The notes: a model not told the origin generated them from the letters alone. A DNA stretch of 64,000 bases from an uncultured virus (IMG/VR IMGVR_UViG_3300046329_000127) (IMGVR_UViG_3300046329_000127), one strand, 5' to 3'. Counted from the first letter of the stretch, positions 8,958-19,160 are shown. Made by a program: numbers and translations.

Positions 8958-10181
8958 ATGTCCGAATCCCTCGCTGCTTACTATGGCGGCTTACTCAACT
9001 CACCCGTCCCCTTGGAATGTTCCTTAAATTGGTGTTCCACAGGTTGCCAATATTGCTATGCAAACCTTAACTCGCCTAAACGCACAGCAGACACTAAGCA
9101 GATCATGGGATTGCTATCTAGCTATCGCGATCGCGCAACACTCGCAGCAAAACTATTACAACAAGGCTACCCAGTGTTATGCAGTACCCATGTCGATTTC
9201 TTCGCGAAGTCCAATAAAGATATTGGCATCACGATCCTCGACATCATGCAAGATTTGGGCATTCCCTATATGTTGGCAACCAAGGGCGGCGATCGCTTTA
9301 TCGAGTTCATCCAACGCTCTAAGCCCTGTGTGATTTATTTCAGTGTGGCAACCCTTAGCGATCGCGTATCCCAGTCAGTAGAACCTAATGCACCATTGCC
9401 ATCGGAGAGACTGAGGATGATTGAGGCGGCGATCGCGTGTGGACATAAGGTAGTAGCAGGGATTAACCCATGTGTGCCTGATTGGATTGACGATCCTCTC
9501 GCATTGGCTACAGCGCTCAAAAATGCGGGTGTATGGGGTGTTATCTCGCAACCATTGCACTTGAATAACAACCAAATTAAGCAAATACCAGAACAAGGTC
9601 AAGCGGCTTTAGGTGAGAGGGTGATGAAACAAGCTAAGATGCGCGATCGCGATCCGATTGTGCGAGATTTTAATTTAAAGATGCGTGAAGTTTGCGGGGC
9701 GATCGGGCTTGAGTTATATCGCGTTGGACAAAATATTAGGAGCGACTTCTATCAGCCTTGGAAAGAAATTTACCCTAAGCTGTACCCAACTGGTCAGGAT
9801 TTTGTTAACCATTGCTATGACAGCGGGAAGCAGGAAGGTGATCTCATCACATGGTCAGAATGGCGCGATTTCTTTGTACCTAAGTTACCTAGTGGCGTTT
9901 TGCCATTATGGAATCATTTGGCGGCGACTCAGAATAAGGATTGGTGCGGCAAGCATATCGACAAGACTGGTCACTATATGACCTATGAGGCACTGTTAAA
10001 AATGGCATGGTGCGATCATGTCGTTGCGTTTAGTCCTGTCAATGAGACACCGTTTAGATGGTTAGGGAGTTTCGATGAGTCAGCACCGAGGGGATGGTGG
10101 AGGTTTGTCGATGACGATAATTTGCCTGTGATGGTGTTTCGACCTGAAGAAACCAGTAACGAGGTGTTTCAGGAGATTTAA
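8958..10181 (+). CDS. Radical SAM protein (SPL-like), paralog A
   Basis: CSTGCQYC (CxxxCxxC), ATKGG, EPNAPLPSERL. Confidence 0.9.
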   Translation: MSESLAAYYGGLLNSPVPLECSLNWCSTGCQYCYANLNSPKRTADTKQIMGLLSSYRDRATLAAKLLQQGYPVLCSTHVDFFAKSNKDIGITILDIMQDLGIPYMLATKGGDRFIEFIQRSKPCVIYFSVATLSDRVSQSVEPNAPLPSERLRMIEAAIACGHKVVAGINPCVPDWIDDPLALATALKNAGVWGVISQPLHLNNNQIKQIPEQGQAALGERVMKQAKMRDRDPIVRDFNLKMREVCGAIGLELYRVGQNIRSDFYQPWKEIYPKLYPTGQDFVNHCYDSGKQEGDLITWSEWRDFFVPKLPSGVLPLWNHLAATQNKDWCGKHIDKTGHYMTYEALLKMAWCDHVVAFSPVNETPFRWLGSFDESAPRGWWRFVDDDNLPVMVFRPEETSNEVFQEI

Positions 10182-10258
10182 AGGCGCTTGATATTTTTGA
10201 GGATCTTGGCTTCTTGTTCTGCTGTGAGGTTCATCTTTTTGGCGATCGGGGGGTGAGA

Positions 10259-11076
10259 TTACTCGCCTATCCACCTTTGGCGATCGCTGTCATTAACAAC
10301 CCGTTCTAGTTCTGCGATCCAATCGCGCCGTAATTGACGATTTTCTTGAATGGTTGCTACATCTTCAAAAGCGATATGAGGCAACTTATCAAGATAATGA
10401 TTGAGTCGACTGTAATCAGGTGCGCCTTTCTTAGTGAGAAAACCTAGACGCTTGCACAGATCCTTTTTGGTGACTGTAGAGCCATCATTCAGGATGTAGC
10501 CTGATTCATTGACAATGCGATCGCGGGTTTCAATTTTCTCGACTACTTCATAGCCAAGAATCTTTTGCTGTTGAAATTCTGGCAATGCTGTAGTTACCAA
10601 ATGACGAAACTGGACAAGCTGCAAATCTGTTTGAGATTTCTGAGATTCAATTTGTGCCTTTTGAGTCTCAATTTTCGCAAGTTCAATCTTGAGGTGCATC
10701 ATCTCAACTTCACTGGCAACCTGTGGAGCGAATTGTCTGGTTAGATCCCATTTTGCTTTTGCTTGGCGGTACAACTCACGGACAGCGCGACCTTGCCCAG
10801 TATGTGCCGCCATACAAAGATGCTCAAGACCCGCAACACTAATCTGTATAGCGGTTTTGGGTCTACCTTTAGTTTTTAGGGTGAACCCTATAAAGTCGAT
10901 ATCTCGTTCAAGAATGGACTCAACAAGGGAGAAAGCATCTTGCTTATACTTATGCCCGCAATATCCCAATGGTCATGCAAAGGCACTGGGAACTGTTCGC
11001 CATTGCGTTCAGCTTCTAGCCACTTATCGAGTAAATCGGTTACGTCTCTGTTGATTGGTACAATATTGTCGGACAT
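10259..11076 (-). pseudogene. Phage antirepressor-like gene split by a single-base frameshift near 10955
   Basis: QFPVPLHDHWDIAG joins HKYKQDAF...RDIDF...GRPK if one G is added to GCGGGC. Confidence 0.6.
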
Positions 11077-11235
11077 AGTTACTCTCTGTTAGTAATTGTG
11101 TTACGCGATCGCACCTAGTCAAAACTGCGATCGCTATCCCAATATTTTACCATTTTCCGTAAGCAGTAACCAAGAATAGACGAACGGCGTTAATAACGAT
11201 ATATTAAAAAGTAGTTCAAATATCAGCGTTAAGTC

Positions 11236-11871
11236 ATGGCAATTCAAAAGGTTACAAAAGCGGCGATCGCGTCAGTCGAGAAGCTACTCAAATCAATCCC
11301 CCCAGAGCAAATCATCAAAGAAAACCCAGAGTTACACCGTCCTTTGATGCACTTTCTATTCAAGGTCAATACTTGTGCCGCGATCGCCGATCTATTTACC
11401 AGTTGCGATCGCAAAATGTCGCGTCAGCACGTTCACCAAATACTGCAAGAGACACCGCACCTTGCGATAAAGACGGTACGCACCAAAAAAGCATCGCCAC
11501 GCCCTTTATCCCCAGAACAAGAGCTAGAAATTGTAAACCTATTCAAAGATGGTATGGCTCTCACTGCGATTAGAGAGCAGTGCCATACATCGGTTGATCG
11601 CGTGCATGAAGCCCTTGCTAAACATGGGTATAGTCTGCGCGATCGCCGTCAATCTCTGCGCAAGGTTCGGATAGGTGATCGCTTTGGTAATTGGAAAGTT
11701 GTCTCATACCACAGCCGTAACCAATGCTTGTGTCGTGATGTTCGCAATGGTGTCGAAAAGGCTGTGAGGGATCAGGCTTTGGTGCTTGGTACTTCTACTG
11801 GCTGCCGTGAGTTGGCGATCGTGGGGCGTGGTGCTTCGGATAGGAAGGCGATCGCGGATCTAAAGCGCTAA
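11236..11871 (+). CDS. HTH protein with C-terminal domain like the N-termini of HNH/AP2 endonucleases
   Basis: MSRQHVHQIL and TSVDRVHEAL helices; IGDRFGNWKVV..CLC..GTSTGC. Confidence 0.55.
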   Translation: MAIQKVTKAAIASVEKLLKSIPPEQIIKENPELHRPLMHFLFKVNTCAAIADLFTSCDRKMSRQHVHQILQETPHLAIKTVRTKKASPRPLSPEQELEIVNLFKDGMALTAIREQCHTSVDRVHEALAKHGYSLRDRRQSLRKVRIGDRFGNWKVVSYHSRNQCLCRDVRNGVEKAVRDQALVLGTSTGCRELAIVGRGASDRKAIADLKR

Positions 11872-11967
11872 CAGGCGATCGGGTTCTTAACCTACACTTA
11901 TACACTTTTAACCCCAAAAGTCCCTACACAAGCGGATTCTTGGGGTCAAATTCAATGTATTAAATAG

Positions 11968-11996
11968 TTGACAGATAATAATAATATTGATATATT
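11968..11996 (+). promoter_or_regulatory. Sigma70 consensus promoter (early type)
   Basis: TTGACA-17 nt-TATATT with extended -10 TG. Confidence 0.75.
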
Positions 11997-12033
11997 AAAG
12001 AAGTATTCAAGTTTTATTCAAAGGTTAAAGGTC

Positions 12034-13536
12034 ATGAACTTCAAAAAAGCATTCCTACTCGCATCAAAATACGTCTCATCGCGCCCAAGTCACCCCGTAC
12101 TAGCTTGCTTGGCAATCAAAGATAACACGATGATCGCCTATGACTTAAATACCGCGATCGCCATCCCACTAGACAACCCGATCGCTGACATCTGTGTACC
12201 AACTTCAGTCATCGCTAAATTGCTCAAAAAATCCAAGGGTGATCTAAATATCACAGTCAAGATTGACAAGCGCGATCGCCTATCTCTTGAAGTTCAGGAA
12301 GGAAGTAGCAGACACTCGGTAGACGCGCTACCAATCGAAGCATATCCCGAACTCCCCGATGTTGAAAGCAACAACAGCATTCGAGTTAAAGAGTCCACAC
12401 TAGCCAAAGTGTTCAAGGAACTTAAACCAACTGTTTGTAAGGATGGAACCAAGCGCATCTTGACGGGTATCAATATCAGGATCGCCAATGGTAAGGCGAT
12501 CGCCACTGCCACCAACGGACACGCCGCAACACAAAACAGCTTTGATGTGACGGGCGGCGAAGGATGGAATATCACGATCCCTGTCAAGTTCTTTGAGGTT
12601 TTGGATGTCAAAAGCGATCGCGAAGTTCAGATATACCATGACAGCCGCAACATCTGCATGGAGATCGGACATATTAAGATTTTCCAGAGATTGATTGAAG
12701 GGAATTACCCAAATATTCCTGACCTAATGAGACAAAGCTTTGCTGCTCTCAGTCATCATTTAAAGCGCGGGTTGCTGGACAATCTGGCGATCGCTAAAGC
12801 ATTCGGGGTCAACTATGTTGATCTTCACATCGTACACGACACCAAAACCAGATGTGACAGTGAGCTAATCGTAGCGATGGAGACAACGGACTCACTAACT
12901 CATACTTTTACCCTTCCCACACATACACCCGCTTGGCTTGCGTTTTCGGCGCAAATCATCGGTGAATTTAACAGGATCACAAAAGGTATACGGTTTACTC
13001 ATTCTTACGACAAGGGAGCGCGATCGCTAAAGGGTCTGGTTGCTGATTTAAAGTATGAGTTTGTCACTGGCTCTATGGATTACCGCTTACCTATCCAAGC
13101 GAGTGAGTCGCAGTCAGCTAAAGTCAATATCAAGTTACTTGAAGCTCAACTCAAGGCAATGCCAAAAAATCGCGAGGTGATGATTAGTCTGCGGAATGAG
13201 TCAACTTTTGCCCCTAACGCGATCGTGCTTTCATCACTGGGGACTAGCTTGGTTTCTGTCATCATGCCCGTACCAAATAGCGCCCCTAAGCCTTTGGTTG
13301 CTGTTTTATCGGATGAGGATGTGGCGGCGATCGCTAAGCTTGACGAGTTGATCGAGCTTGGCAATAACTACACGAAGGAGGCGGCGATCGCTAAAATTGA
13401 AGTCAAAAAACCTAAAAAAGCAAAAACTAAAGCCGTCACGAAAAGTGAGTCTACCGAGGTCTGCGTATCGATCAGGGCTGGAGATAGATATCGAAATAAT
13501 AGAAGGGACAACAAATACCATAGGTTCGCTGTCTAG
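12034..13536 (+). CDS. dnaN: DNA polymerase III beta clamp-like protein, extended
   Basis: SRPSHPVLA, RILTGI, ATATNGH, RLIEGNYPN; ATG at 12034. Confidence 0.8.
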   Translation: MNFKKAFLLASKYVSSRPSHPVLACLAIKDNTMIAYDLNTAIAIPLDNPIADICVPTSVIAKLLKKSKGDLNITVKIDKRDRLSLEVQEGSSRHSVDALPIEAYPELPDVESNNSIRVKESTLAKVFKELKPTVCKDGTKRILTGINIRIANGKAIATATNGHAATQNSFDVTGGEGWNITIPVKFFEVLDVKSDREVQIYHDSRNICMEIGHIKIFQRLIEGNYPNIPDLMRQSFAALSHHLKRGLLDNLAIAKAFGVNYVDLHIVHDTKTRCDSELIVAMETTDSLTHTFTLPTHTPAWLAFSAQIIGEFNRITKGIRFTHSYDKGARSLKGLVADLKYEFVTGSMDYRLPIQASESQSAKVNIKLLEAQLKAMPKNREVMISLRNESTFAPNAIVLSSLGTSLVSVIMPVPNSAPKPLVAVLSDEDVAAIAKLDELIELGNNYTKEAAIAKIEVKKPKKAKTKAVTKSESTEVCVSIRAGDRYRNNRRDNKYHRFAV

Positions 13537-13540
13537 TCTT

Positions 13541-13591
13541 TAACAAAAAAAAGAGGATCTACATTAATGTAGATCCTCTTTTTTTTGTTAA
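13541..13591. terminator. Bidirectional terminator (perfect palindrome with A/T tracts)
   Basis: AAAAAAAAGAGGATCTACATTAATGTAGATCCTCTTTTTTTT between convergent genes. Confidence 0.85.
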
Positions 13592-13594
13592 AGA

Positions 13595-14104
13595 CTAGAC
13601 AGCCTTTTGCTTCTTAGGGCGACCGCCTTTGTTTTTAGGTTTGACTGGACCAACTGCTTCGGAATAAATAGTTCGTCCAGCAAATGAAGGAACCTTGCTA
13701 GAGCGTTGACCTGCGCGATTACTAGCTTTACGAGAGCCAGTAGAAACACTACCTTGCTTGCCTCTTGTAGTGGATTTTGCTTTTTGAGGAGCAACTGGAC
13801 CGATCGCAGAACCGTAATTAGTTCTGCCGTTACCCGCAACTTGCCTTGTTGCAGCAGCAATACCAGAGCGTACTTGCTCTCTACCAGCGCGGGTCTTTAC
13901 GAATGTATTGAGAGCGCCAGCAGCCTGAGCAATTCCAGATCGAGTGGTGATCTGCTTTCGATTCTTGTCATAGAGCTTACCAGTGCTAATGCTTGAGTAA
14001 GCACCTTGAACATTAGCGGGTTTTTGAGTGTCACGACCGTTACCCATTTGGCAAGGTTCAAGATCGCTGAAATCGCGAAGATCAATTGGAGAAAGATTTA
14101 GCAT
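13595..14104 (-). CDS. Small Arg/Lys/Gly-rich protein with acidic leader
   Basis: MLNLSPIDLRDFSDLEPCQMG followed by a basic body. Confidence 0.75.
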   Translation of the reverse strand: MLNLSPIDLRDFSDLEPCQMGNGRDTQKPANVQGAYSSISTGKLYDKNRKQITTRSGIAQAAGALNTFVKTRAGREQVRSGIAAATRQVAGNGRTNYGSAIGPVAPQKAKSTTRGKQGSVSTGSRKASNRAGQRSSKVPSFAGRTIYSEAVGPVKPKNKGGRPKKQKAV

Positions 14105-14150
14105 GATTAGCACCAGATAATTAACGTCTTTTGCGAAGCGCTCATTATTC

Positions 14151-15473
14151 TCATAAATAACTTATCTGGCTTGCTTTTAATTTATCATACATCATTCTAT
14201 CCACTAATGGGGTAACAGATTCAAAAGGTAGTGAACTGTCAGGCTCAAGCCATTCTGCATAAGCGTAGCGATCGCTTATCGTTTGATCGGGTGTAAACAG
14301 CAAAATAGGCATACCATTATTGTCTAAAACCTCCTTGGCATTACCCTGTTCATCTATCACGACAGCGCGAGAGAAGCAGTTGACATTAGCTGATGATGAG
14401 CCAATCTCACGGATCTCCCATGTATATTGGAGTAGTGTTTCATAGCTCATGTGTTTCGGGATAATAGTATCCCAATCTTTCCAGAAATGAGCATACTGAG
14501 AAGCGCCCAAATGGTTTCTCAAAGGGAATACGCCTTGAGGGAATTTAGGTACAAAGAAATCGCGATACTCATTCCAATAGATAGGAGTCACGTGGGGGAT
14601 CTTGCCAGTATCCCAGCAGTAATTTACAAAGTCCTGTTTGATTGGATACGTCTTTTTGTAGACCTCTTGGAATGGCTTGAAATAGTCAGAGCGATCGCTT
14701 TGTCCAACGTCATAAATCTCTAGTCCACACTCTTGCGCCGCCTCGCGAGTCCTGAGATATATATCAATATTCTCCTGTGATTTATGAGCTTTTTTGGCAA
14801 CCGAGATCACAGATTCACCCAAAGAAGCTTTACCGCGTTCAGGCATATTAGCCATTTGCTGATTGCTCAGATGAATGGTTTGAATCCATACACCTTCAAC
14901 ACCGACCGATTTAAGCACCTTGCAAATCTTTAGTGGGTCGTCAATCCATTCGTTGACACAAGGGTTAATACCAACATTGATGCGATGTCCTTTCGCTCTA
15001 GCTGCCGCGATCATATCCAACCGCTTAGAGATTGGCGGCGCACCTTCTTCTGTTCTACGCGCAATGTCATCGTCAAGCGTGGCGATCGACCAATACATTG
15101 CCTGTGGTTTTAAAAACTTGAGTGCATCATAAAAGCGATCGCCACCTTTAGTTGCGATCGAGAAAGGAATATCAAGATCGGTCATAGCCTCCATGATCGG
15201 CATCGCAATTTCTTGATTAGATTTCGCGAAAAAATCTACATGGTTACTGCACTTGATCGGATACCCCTTTCTAAGCAAATGAGACGAAAAGCTAGTTCTA
15301 TCCTTGTACCCATTAAGCAGCCCCATGATTTGAGGGACGTTAGCTTTGCGAGTCGGAGAATTGAGGTTCGCAAAGCAGTAGTGACAACTATGGCTGCACC
15401 AGTTAAGCGCCATTTCCAAGGGTAAAACATCGTTTAAAAGCAAGCCCCAATATACCGATAGAGATTCAGTCAT
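14151..15473 (-). CDS. Radical SAM protein (SPL-like), paralog B
   Basis: CSHSCHYC, HVDFFAKSN, ATKGGDRF, GINPCV shared with paralog A; start MTESL aligns with MSESL. Confidence 0.9.
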   Translation of the reverse strand: MTESLSVYWGLLLNDVLPLEMALNWCSHSCHYCFANLNSPTRKANVPQIMGLLNGYKDRTSFSSHLLRKGYPIKCSNHVDFFAKSNQEIAMPIMEAMTDLDIPFSIATKGGDRFYDALKFLKPQAMYWSIATLDDDIARRTEEGAPPISKRLDMIAAARAKGHRINVGINPCVNEWIDDPLKICKVLKSVGVEGVWIQTIHLSNQQMANMPERGKASLGESVISVAKKAHKSQENIDIYLRTREAAQECGLEIYDVGQSDRSDYFKPFQEVYKKTYPIKQDFVNYCWDTGKIPHVTPIYWNEYRDFFVPKFPQGVFPLRNHLGASQYAHFWKDWDTIIPKHMSYETLLQYTWEIREIGSSSANVNCFSRAVVIDEQGNAKEVLDNNGMPILLFTPDQTISDRYAYAEWLEPDSSLPFESVTPLVDRMMYDKLKASQISYL

Positions 15474-15474
15474 T

Positions 15475-15996
15475 TTAGTTTTCCTCAAAAGATGCTACAG
15501 GGCGCTTATATAATTCTTCACATTGATAAATTTCACGGATATCGAGAACTTGCCACGCTTCGCCGACCGCAGATTTTGTAGTTGGCACTGGATCTTGACT
15601 AAATTTATTACCAGTAAATACGTAGGCAAATAAGCGATCGCCTATGATCTCCTTAGCTTGATTAAACCGAATAGAAATACCGTGCAATCCCTGATCTTGT
15701 ATCCATTGAGAATCATTTTGATATTCAAAGGACTGAACTAAATTGCCATAACCAACCAACAAATTAGACGCAAGATAAGCGTCTACTGCATCCGCATCGC
15801 AGCCTAGATTGATTAAGCCTTGGATCGCAGTTTCCTTTTGTTTCTCATCTTCCATTGAGCCAACGCAGAAAAATGCTATGCCACGATAATCAATATCGCC
15901 GTCAAAGACTAGGATGGCGCGATCGCTGATTGAGTTAGCGATCGCTATATCAGGGCGCAACGAAAAAATGTACGCCTTGTTTATATCTTTATTCAC
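15475..15996 (-). CDS. Hypothetical protein coupled to radical SAM B
   Basis: 173-aa ORF abutting the rSAM start. Confidence 0.7.
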   Translation of the reverse strand: MNKDINKAYIFSLRPDIAIANSISDRAILVFDGDIDYRGIAFFCVGSMEDEKQKETAIQGLINLGCDADAVDAYLASNLLVGYGNLVQSFEYQNDSQWIQDQGLHGISIRFNQAKEIIGDRLFAYVFTGNKFSQDPVPTTKSAVGEAWQVLDIREIYQCEELYKRPVASFEEN

Positions 15997-16178
15997 GCAG
16001 TTTACCTCTTGCGATTACCACGATCTTACCACTTATTGCGGGTTTCCGTAACTGGAAATTGGCAACGCCAAAATCAAGCGATAACGACAGGCGATCGCTA
16101 ATACTTACCATCTATCACTCGAAACCGCAAACGCCCCTACAAGCGAATTAAAGGCAATAAAAATAGTTCAGAAAATAG

Positions 16179-16207
16179 TTGACAAATAATATTAATCTTG
16201 ATATATT
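16179..16207 (+). promoter_or_regulatory. Sigma70 consensus promoter (repeat copy)
   Basis: TTGACA-17-TATATT, identical to 17873 and 18599. Confidence 0.8.
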
Positions 16208-16247
16208 AATAAAGTCAAAGGTTACTAAATAAAGGTTAAACAAAGTT

Positions 16248-16556
16248 ATGGAAACTACTTACTACGTTATGGGAAACAAAATGGTTTTTGTCGGCACTGG
16301 ACATGACGAAATAATCATCGGTGATTTTGGGGTTCATGATCCGATCGCGGTATCCCTAGAAGTAGCTCAAGCGATCGCTAGACTGTTGGGTGATGAATGG
16401 GATATCTACCCCAACAACACAAACAAGAGCGATCGCAACAGTCCCGATTATGATTCCCACTTTGATCCCGAATCGCGAGATTACGATTTCACGGTAGACA
16501 TGAGAGAGAAAGAGTACGCCGAATACTCTGCCGATGAAGAACTCAAGCCTCTATAA
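16248..16556 (+). CDS. Acidic hypothetical protein
   Basis: Follows the promoter; about 23 D/E in 102 aa. Confidence 0.7.
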   Translation: METTYYVMGNKMVFVGTGHDEIIIGDFGVHDPIAVSLEVAQAIARLLGDEWDIYPNNTNKSDRNSPDYDSHFDPESRDYDFTVDMREKEYAEYSADEELKPL

Positions 16557-16816
16557 CGAAGACGATGAAGCTGAATGCGAAGCTTCTGAACAGGGGATTG
16601 ACAAGGAATTGTTTATCAAAGTTTTTGAGCAATCAGTCAAGGTTATCCGTTAAGCGATCGCCTAATCAACCCATCCACTGCCAATAAAATCAGCAGCCAA
16701 CAACTCAAAAATAACACCCCACACGATCGCCTCGTTATCGTGTGGGGTTATCATTCGCTCTATTTTCTCCCTTGCGATCGCCACAACGTCAAAAGCCTCC
16801 AATGGCATAACAACAG

Positions 16817-17722
16817 TTAGCTTGACCCACTTGGTAGGGGATTGAACGCGGGGTGATACTTGAGCATCACTGATATGTCGTTCTTGAGTTTCAATTTCTC
16901 CTTCAGTGCCTCGTACTTTTTTGCTTGGTTAGCCCCCAAAGAAACATTTAGGGGATAAACAACCTGATTCGACTTTGGAGGCTCTGGATTGTGATTTACG
17001 CCGCCCGTCTCAACATCAGGTTCTTCATCAGGCTCAAAATCTTCGCTCGGATCTTCATCCTCATATTCGATTTCATCCTGCGCGATCGCCACATCACTAA
17101 ATTGAACACGCTCCATGACTTCAGTGGCGATCGCCTCGGCATTAGCAAACACAGGTGCATCGTCTTCTTGCTGCACGACCATCTTGGCTTTGAGTAAACC
17201 AAATTTTGAGAGAAAGCGATCGCGTTCACCTTCATCACCCCAACCCGCAGCCTCGGCATTGAGTTCATTCATGCGAGATAGCAACTTAGCAACCTTAGCC
17301 TCATCGTCCTTGCCCTTAGCTTGATTCAATGCCATGAGAGCGATCTTGTGATCCTTGTCGGATAAGTCAACCAGTTTGACGGGTATCTGTAACCAATATT
17401 TAGGGGCAAACCTCAGTCGAGCCGTGATAAATTCCTGTTCGGTTAATTGTTGTTTATGGGAGTCAACAAAGCGATCCCATTCATCTTCAAACCATTCCTT
17501 ATTTTTCTGCACCAGATACTCGCAAGCCATCACCCGACCATGACCACCAGCGAGTAATTTGTTTTGCTTGTTAAATGTTGGCAACTTTTGCCAATCATAA
17601 TGCAATAGCCTAATGGCAAGCGATGGGATATCCCCTTTGTGGATTCTGGGATTATCAGGATCTAAGGCTGTCATTAGATCGGCAAGCGATCGCTGCTCTA
17701 CATCTGGTTTTGGTTTCGCCAT
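16817..17722 (-). CDS. ParB/Srx N-terminal domain protein
   Basis: DPDNPRIH, LLAGGHGRVMA, IPVKLVDL; acidic linker. Confidence 0.8.
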   Translation of the reverse strand: MAKPKPDVEQRSLADLMTALDPDNPRIHKGDIPSLAIRLLHYDWQKLPTFNKQNKLLAGGHGRVMACEYLVQKNKEWFEDEWDRFVDSHKQQLTEQEFITARLRFAPKYWLQIPVKLVDLSDKDHKIALMALNQAKGKDDEAKVAKLLSRMNELNAEAAGWGDEGERDRFLSKFGLLKAKMVVQQEDDAPVFANAEAIATEVMERVQFSDVAIAQDEIEYEDEDPSEDFEPDEEPDVETGGVNHNPEPPKSNQVVYPLNVSLGANQAKKYEALKEKLKLKNDISVMLKYHPAFNPLPSGSS

Positions 17723-17789
17723 AGGTAATTACGGTATTTACTAGGATTGTACCATTTACACTTTCCGTAAGCGGTAACGGGATTTAATA

Positions 17790-17913
17790 GGCGATCGCAT
17801 ACCAATACCATCCAAGTATCTAAACAGTCCACACAAGCGGATTTAAGGGGTTAAAAATAGTTCAGAAAATAGTTGACAAATAATATTAATCTTGATATAT
17901 TAATAAAGTCAAA
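17790..17913 (+). repeat. 124-bp direct repeat carrying a promoter, copy 1
   Basis: One mismatch to 18516-18639. Confidence 0.9.
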
Positions 17914-17945
17914 GGTTAATAAATAAAGGTTGAAGGGATAGAGCA

Positions 17946-18509
17946 ATGTCGGTTAAATCACTCTCAGAAATGGATTCAGTATCATTATCTAACCTTGCTA
18001 CAAGACTGGCAGCAGGAAACCCATGCGAAGGTCGTCATGGCACGGTTACATCTGGCAAGCATAAAGGGCGTTCTGGTCGCGTCCTAAAGCAAATCAAAGA
18101 CGCTTATTCTAACGACAAATACAGCGCAAACAACATTCTTTCGGGCGTTATCAAAAGGAATGGCTATGTAAGCCTAGTCCGTTTTGATGATGGTACACAG
18201 GCTTGGATTAAATCGAATTACCTAGAAGTCGTACAACTCTATCAAGCAGTAAATAGCGATCGCTGTGAGACTCGTGGCGCAAAGATTGAGACGATCGCAA
18301 AGCTTTATGAAATGATGGCAATCGTGTTCCTGAGAGATATTGAAGCTGATGAAAATTACGGACTTTATCCAATGTCCCTAGAAGTCTATAATTTTGTCAA
18401 AATGTGGTTTCCAACCCGCCAAATCATTATCAACGGAATGCACTGCGGATCGGTCTTAGAATGTGCGATTAAGCCAGTGTCTAAGCCTAAACTCAAAGCT
18501 CATCATTAA
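17946..18509 (+). CDS. Hypothetical protein (KOW/SH3-like segment)
   Basis: VTSGKHKGRSGRV; follows the repeat promoter. Confidence 0.65.
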   Translation: MSVKSLSEMDSVSLSNLATRLAAGNPCEGRHGTVTSGKHKGRSGRVLKQIKDAYSNDKYSANNILSGVIKRNGYVSLVRFDDGTQAWIKSNYLEVVQLYQAVNSDRCETRGAKIETIAKLYEMMAIVFLRDIEADENYGLYPMSLEVYNFVKMWFPTRQIIINGMHCGSVLECAIKPVSKPKLKAHH

Positions 18510-18515
18510 TCTCAT

Positions 18516-18639
18516 GGCGATCGCATACCAATACCATCCAAGTGTCTAAACAGTCCACACAAGCGGATTTAAGGGGTTAAAAATAGTTCAGAAAATAGTT
18601 GACAAATAATATTAATCTTGATATATTAATAAAGTCAAA
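18516..18639 (+). repeat. 124-bp direct repeat carrying a promoter, copy 2
   Basis: Matches 17790-17913. Confidence 0.9.
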
Positions 18640-18656
18640 AATTAAGGTTAAAAGAA

Positions 18657-18896
18657 ATGAACGCTAAAGAGTTGTTTGACGCGATCGCGAAGATGGAAAG
18701 AGTCCTTTCGTTCAAAGAGGAGAATGGGATTCCCTTTGTAATGCTCCATAGCCAAGGATGGGGTAACGCTGTAATCAAGTTGGTTGGCTCAACTAACTTG
18801 ATGCTTACTGATTGCAACGGGACACGATGGTTAAAGACTTTGGGCGGAGTGAATGACACGCTAGAGCGATTCGGTTATACGGCGATCGTCGCCTAG
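18657..18896 (+). CDS. Hypothetical protein
   Basis: Follows the repeat promoter. Confidence 0.7.
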   Translation: MNAKELFDAIAKMERVLSFKEENGIPFVMLHSQGWGNAVIKLVGSTNLMLTDCNGTRWLKTLGGVNDTLERFGYTAIVA

Positions 18897-18961
18897 CGAT
18901 TTCCGTATAACCGAAAGAAAACGAACATAGAGATTTGGGTTACGAGCCATTAATCAACCCA

Positions 18962-19010
18962 ACACAAAGAAGCACCCGATCAACTGGCGATCGGGTGCTT
19001 CTTTGTGGCA
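18962..19010. terminator. Hairpin, identical copy at 19333-19381
   Basis: CACAAAGAAGCACCCGATC...GATCGGGTGCTTCTTTGTG. Confidence 0.75.
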
Positions 19011-19160
19011 CATGGCGATCGCGCAAATCAGCGCCGACAAGGCGATCGCAAGAGTTCTGGGTAAATAATTTTCCAATCTCCCGATCGCAATATCGCGCCG
19101 CAACCCACAGCCACAAGTGAGGGTTTTCAACACTCAACTATTCAAAGGATAATCAAGTTC

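Noticed and set aside
11968..12033. Track start TTG for the dnaN-like ORF
   Set aside because: That TTG is the -35 box; ATG at 12034 fits the homology
8958..15473. Calling the rSAMs true spore photoproduct lyase (splB)
   Set aside because: Only family-level motifs are visible; the substrate cannot be assigned
16158..18639. Spaced direct repeats as CRISPR or integron attC sites
   Set aside because: They contain consensus promoters and are separated by whole genes; no cas or integrase seen
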